DNA from: an uncultured Nitrospiraceae bacterium
Lineage (GTDB): Bacteria; Nitrospirota; Thermodesulfovibrionia; Thermodesulfovibrionales; Dissulfurispiraceae
Direction: 5' to 3'
Assembly: GCA_963705105.1 (NCBI GenBank)
Contig: CAVPIW010000012.1
Span: forward strand, 1-64,000
DNA: 64,000 bases
A model generated the notes under the pieces. It was not told the origin of the DNA and made no database searches. It saw nothing but the letters and a program-made list of their open reading frames with translations. How positions within the stretch are numbered: the stretch's first letter is position 1; every line of letters begins with the position of its first letter. Positions 60,839 to 64,000 of the stretch are shown here, in pieces. A program made the position numbers and the translations under genes.

Positions 60839-61211
60839 CCTTGCAGTTGCATAGAAAGGCGTGACGAAGCGCTCTGAAAAACAGTGACAGTGTGAGTGTC
60901 AGTGTCAGTGTCGGTGTCACTACCGCTGCCGCCGGGGAAGGCAGATATGGTTCAAAGCCTTTCCAATGCGATGATGAGACATCTCAAGGTGTTCAGCGCC
61001 TGTTGCCTGACGGCTCTTGTCATCAATAGACACGGAAAGGGTGGTCTGGTGATACACAGGGTATCTTAGAGGAAAGGCTTTTCACCACATCAGCCTTCCC
61101 GTCGTGCCTTTGTCGTCTTGTTCCGACTGCTGACCAATGACTTAATGGCTCATGACTATTCTGGTGGCATCTTCGCCCCGCCTTTCCGGATGTCCTGTTG
61201 CAACCATATGG
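60839..61211 (+). repeat. Modular MITE-like element, copy 11 (long type)
   Basis: ccttgcagttgcatagaaaggcg, (cagtgt)n, core shared with copy 1, right end cgccccgcctttccggatgtcctgttgcaaccatatgg; flanks ATAA/TTAA. Confidence 0.9.
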
Positions 61212-61778
61212 TTAAGCCGGCTGATTTTGATAGACCGTCAGGGCTGTATCGCCGTAGCGGTACGCCTTTTTCAGGCGGAGCGATCCGATCTCCGGCGCCA
61301 GAGAACGTCGTGACGAATGTTCGACGATGACGAGGTCGTCATCCGCCAGGGCTTCGGAGTCAGCGATGACGGGAAGAATGCGGTCGATCTCGCCCGATTC
61401 ATAGGGGGGATCAACGAAGATGATGTCGAAGGGTGTCTCGCATCTCCTGATGAATCTGAGCGCGTCGTCCTTTACGAGAGAGCATTGTGAGGAGAACCCG
61501 AAGCGTTCCGTCATATCCCTGATGGCCGCAATCCTCGCTTGAAGAACGTCGACAAAGACGACCTCCGCTGCTCCCCTGCTCAGGGCCTCGATGCCGACTG
61601 CTCCCGTCCCGGTGTAAAGATCAAGAAAACGGCAACCTGCAATCCTGTCGCCGATGATATCGAAGAGTGCCTTCCGCACCTTCGCCGCCGTGGGCCGGAG
61701 GCCGGCATCCTGCGTGCCCGAGAAGGACTTCCTCATGCCCACCTTTCTCCCTTTGGCGCTGCCGCCGATGATCCTCAT
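61212..61778 (-). CDS. rsmD: 16S rRNA m2G966 methyltransferase
   Basis: MRIIGG.AKG, RPT..KVR.ALF, LDLY.GTG..GIEALSRGA, DPPY, YGDT motifs; upstream of coaD. Confidence 0.94.
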   Translation of the reverse strand: MRIIGGSAKGRKVGMRKSFSGTQDAGLRPTAAKVRKALFDIIGDRIAGCRFLDLYTGTGAVGIEALSRGAAEVVFVDVLQARIAAIRDMTERFGFSSQCSLVKDDALRFIRRCETPFDIIFVDPPYESGEIDRILPVIADSEALADDDLVIVEHSSRRSLAPEIGSLRLKKAYRYGDTALTVYQNQPA

Positions 61779-62398
61779 AGGGACATGATACACCGCCGGG
61801 AAAACAACGGGCAATTACTAAAGTTGTATACATCTGGAAAAAGGGCAGGTCGAAGATGCCGGACGAACTTGGCGTCGGTTTCAGAAAGAGCACAAAAGAC
61901 CGTCCCGCACATGATCTACGGCTGAGCCGGAAGAAAGATTCGGGGTATATTTCTGAGCGCGGTCTTTTCGACGCCTCCTCAATGATCAGCTTATTAATGC
62001 GTTGCCGTCTTCATCGGGATGTCCGCACGAGTCACTCATCTCGAACCTGTAAGGACCTCAGCCACGACTTCTCACTTGGCGGAATCGGCCGACACTCACG
62101 ATTTCGAGACGAACTATTGTGACGCCGATCGCTACCCAGAGGGTGCAAGAAAATGTCGCTATCGGGTTAACGATAGGCATCGGCGGGAGCCAGGTTTTTA
62201 GCGATCCGCTGAATGCCCTGGTTCGGCGTTACTGACGATTGATTTGTATATTGCCCATTTTGGCGCCGTAAAGGTCAATATGGGGCACCAAAGAAGGCCT
62301 TTCCCCCAGTTGTAACCGTTTAATGTCTCTGCCTGCTATCATGGTCTGACACCATGGGTTTATAGAACGCAGACGAAGCGCGGTAGAATGCATTGGGC

Positions 62399-63016
62399 CT
62401 ATTTTGCCACGCCTCCGTGAGGCTTGTAGAAGAAGAACTCGCCAATCTCGACTGTCTTGATGTATTCCTTGGACCAACTGGGGGTTGCTTTCCGCTGATG
62501 GAAATACAATGCGCCACCGGTTCTGTCCGTTAGTTGCCGGTTGAGAGCTTTTCGAGCTATTTCCTTGGCGATCGCGTAAGATTCATCCTCCTTTGCGTCA
62601 TCCGAACGGCCATCGCACCACCACGAGAACTGGCATGCACCCTGCTCGCGGCCCTGCATGACAATTTTACAAATCGTCTCTGGAAATCCCTCATGGCCTA
62701 ACCGGTTCATAACAACATTGGCGATTGCTTCCATGCCGGTAACCCCCTCACTCCTGGCCTCCCAGTAGATGGTGCGTGAAAGACAGGTGATCACATCGTT
62801 CAAGGGCCCTTTGCCGACAGGATCGACCGCCTGCGCTTCAGTCTTTTTGATGATCTCGGATGGAGAAGGGACCGCCTTGCTACCCTCCGCTGCATTCTTC
62901 TCCAGTACCCCCGCCTTTCTCTCAGTGGCTTCCGCCTTCTGTGCCTGGTCAGCCGCGGTCGCCTGGCCCACAAGAAGGATTGTCGCAAGGCAGAGCACAA
63001 CCCACATCTGTCGCAT
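62399..63016 (-). CDS. Cell wall hydrolase (SleB/Hydrolase_2 family)
   Basis: CL...IYWEAR.E...G..A.A.VV.NR, CQFSWWCDG, T.GALYFH motifs; signal peptide. Confidence 0.9.
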   Translation of the reverse strand: MRQMWVVLCLATILLVGQATAADQAQKAEATERKAGVLEKNAAEGSKAVPSPSEIIKKTEAQAVDPVGKGPLNDVITCLSRTIYWEARSEGVTGMEAIANVVMNRLGHEGFPETICKIVMQGREQGACQFSWWCDGRSDDAKEDESYAIAKEIARKALNRQLTDRTGGALYFHQRKATPSWSKEYIKTVEIGEFFFYKPHGGVAK

Positions 63017-63083
63017 GGTCAAACCTCCTGGACGACTCAAACATGGCCCCACGCCCGGGCACGATATGTCCGACGGGACAACC

Positions 63084-63506
63084 TTATCTCACTTCAGGAG
63101 CGCCAGTATCCGCTTTTCCATGCCTCAAGTCTGCTCGGGCACGCTCAGCCAAGCTCGCGTATTGGGCGCGGATACTTTCCAAATCTTCTTGTTCTAATTC
63201 CTCCAAATTCAGAAGCGCATTATGCGCCCCTTTCGTGACGCGTATTAACTCGTCCAGCTTCACTTGCACTGCTTCGGCATCGCGGTTCTGAGTGTTCTGA
63301 ATAAGAAATACCATCAGAAATGTAACAACGGTCGTGCCCGTGTTGATCACCAACTGCCACGTATCACTGAACCCAAACAAAGGACCGGTGATAATCCAAA
63401 CCAGAATGACTCCGGCTGCTACAACAAATGCAGCCGGCCTGCCGGTTATTCGCGCCGTCGACTTTGCGAATTTTGTAAACCCCGAGGCTGTTTTAGTGGG
63501 TTGCAT
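63084..63506 (-). CDS. Low-affinity iron permease (Fet4-like) family protein
   Basis: FSDTWQLVINTGTT.VTFLMVFLIQNTQNRD..A.Q.KLDELI. Confidence 0.92.
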   Translation of the reverse strand: MQPTKTASGFTKFAKSTARITGRPAAFVVAAGVILVWIITGPLFGFSDTWQLVINTGTTVVTFLMVFLIQNTQNRDAEAVQVKLDELIRVTKGAHNALLNLEELEQEDLESIRAQYASLAERARADLRHGKADTGAPEVR

Positions 63507-63537
63507 TTTCTTCTCCTAATGAGAATTATACCCTGAT

Positions 63538-63700
63538 TCATAACACCTGGTCGCCATCCCCGGAATACGCAGACTGTGATACCACCACCACGATCAGGGC
63601 AACTATCAGGAGGATGTGGATAAACTCTCCCATCGTGTCACTGCTCACCAGCCCCAGCACCCAGAGAATGATCAAGTATCAAAGCGATCGTCCACAACAT
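63538..63700 (-). pseudogene. Lmo0937-family small membrane protein, frameshifted
   Basis: MLWTIALIL, then one extra base, then IILWVLGLVSSDTMGEFIHILLIVALIVVVV; ATG-to-stop length is 163 nt (3n+1). Confidence 0.75.
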
Positions 63701-63777
63701 ATCATCTTCACTTTTCGGTTTGCTTTAGGATCGATGCCGGCTTGCGCACCTCGCGCCAGCCGGCATCGATCCAGAGT

Positions 63778-64000
63778 CTACTGGGACTTCTCGATGGTCA
63801 TCTGGTTCTTTACGCTCTTCACACCCTTTACGTCGTTGACGTATTTGGTGGCCAACTCCTTTTCGGCTGTGTTCTTGGCCTTGCCACCCAAGGTGACCAC
63901 GCCGTTCTTCGTCGTAACCGTGGTATTGAGGGCACTGGTCGAGCGATGAGACAGCAACGTCATCTTGACCTGGGCGGTGATGGAAGCGTCATCAACCTTC
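63778..64000 (-). CDS. BON/OsmY-domain protein (5' part outside the window)
   Basis: DDASITAQVK..LL.HRSTSALNT.V.T.NGVVTL.G.A...AEK.LA......V.GV..V.N. Confidence 0.9.
   Translation of the reverse strand, partial: KVDDASITAQVKMTLLSHRSTSALNTTVTTKNGVVTLGGKAKNTAEKELATKYVNDVKGVKSVKNQMTIEKSQ

Overview
A 64 kb stretch of GC-rich bacterial chromosome. Gene content (selenocysteine formate dehydrogenase, AhbD-like radical SAM next to hemE, PEP-CTERM, sigma-54 regulators, many PAS/GAF kinases and PilZ proteins) suggests an anaerobe of the Nitrospirota/Desulfobacterota type; this is inference only. Housekeeping and metabolic genes include gltA, rtcA, hflX, hemE, coaD, rsmD, two FKBP PPIases, fdnG-fdnH-fdhE and a SorAB-like pair with cytochrome P460. 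They are mixed with signalling and surface proteins. Mobile or decayed DNA includes a lower-GC island remnant at the 3' end of tRNA-Arg(CCT) (RAYT stub, frameshifted toxin, intact antitoxin), an intact ISL3 element with an 8-bp target duplication, and REP-like palindromes. The main unannotated signals are: (1) a dense family of 11 or more modular, MITE-like intergenic elements with CCTT...AAGG ends, 4-bp target duplications and shuffled internal cassettes; (2) a putative sigma-54-driven operon in which a Cys-rich RpoD-like sigma factor is flanked by two tiny four-Cys proteins, with a third paralogue in another sigma-54 operon; (3) a candidate ~58-nt anti-Shine-Dalgarno sRNA; (4) a probable non-AUG start for hflX. 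All product calls come from motif recognition by eye, with no database searches.
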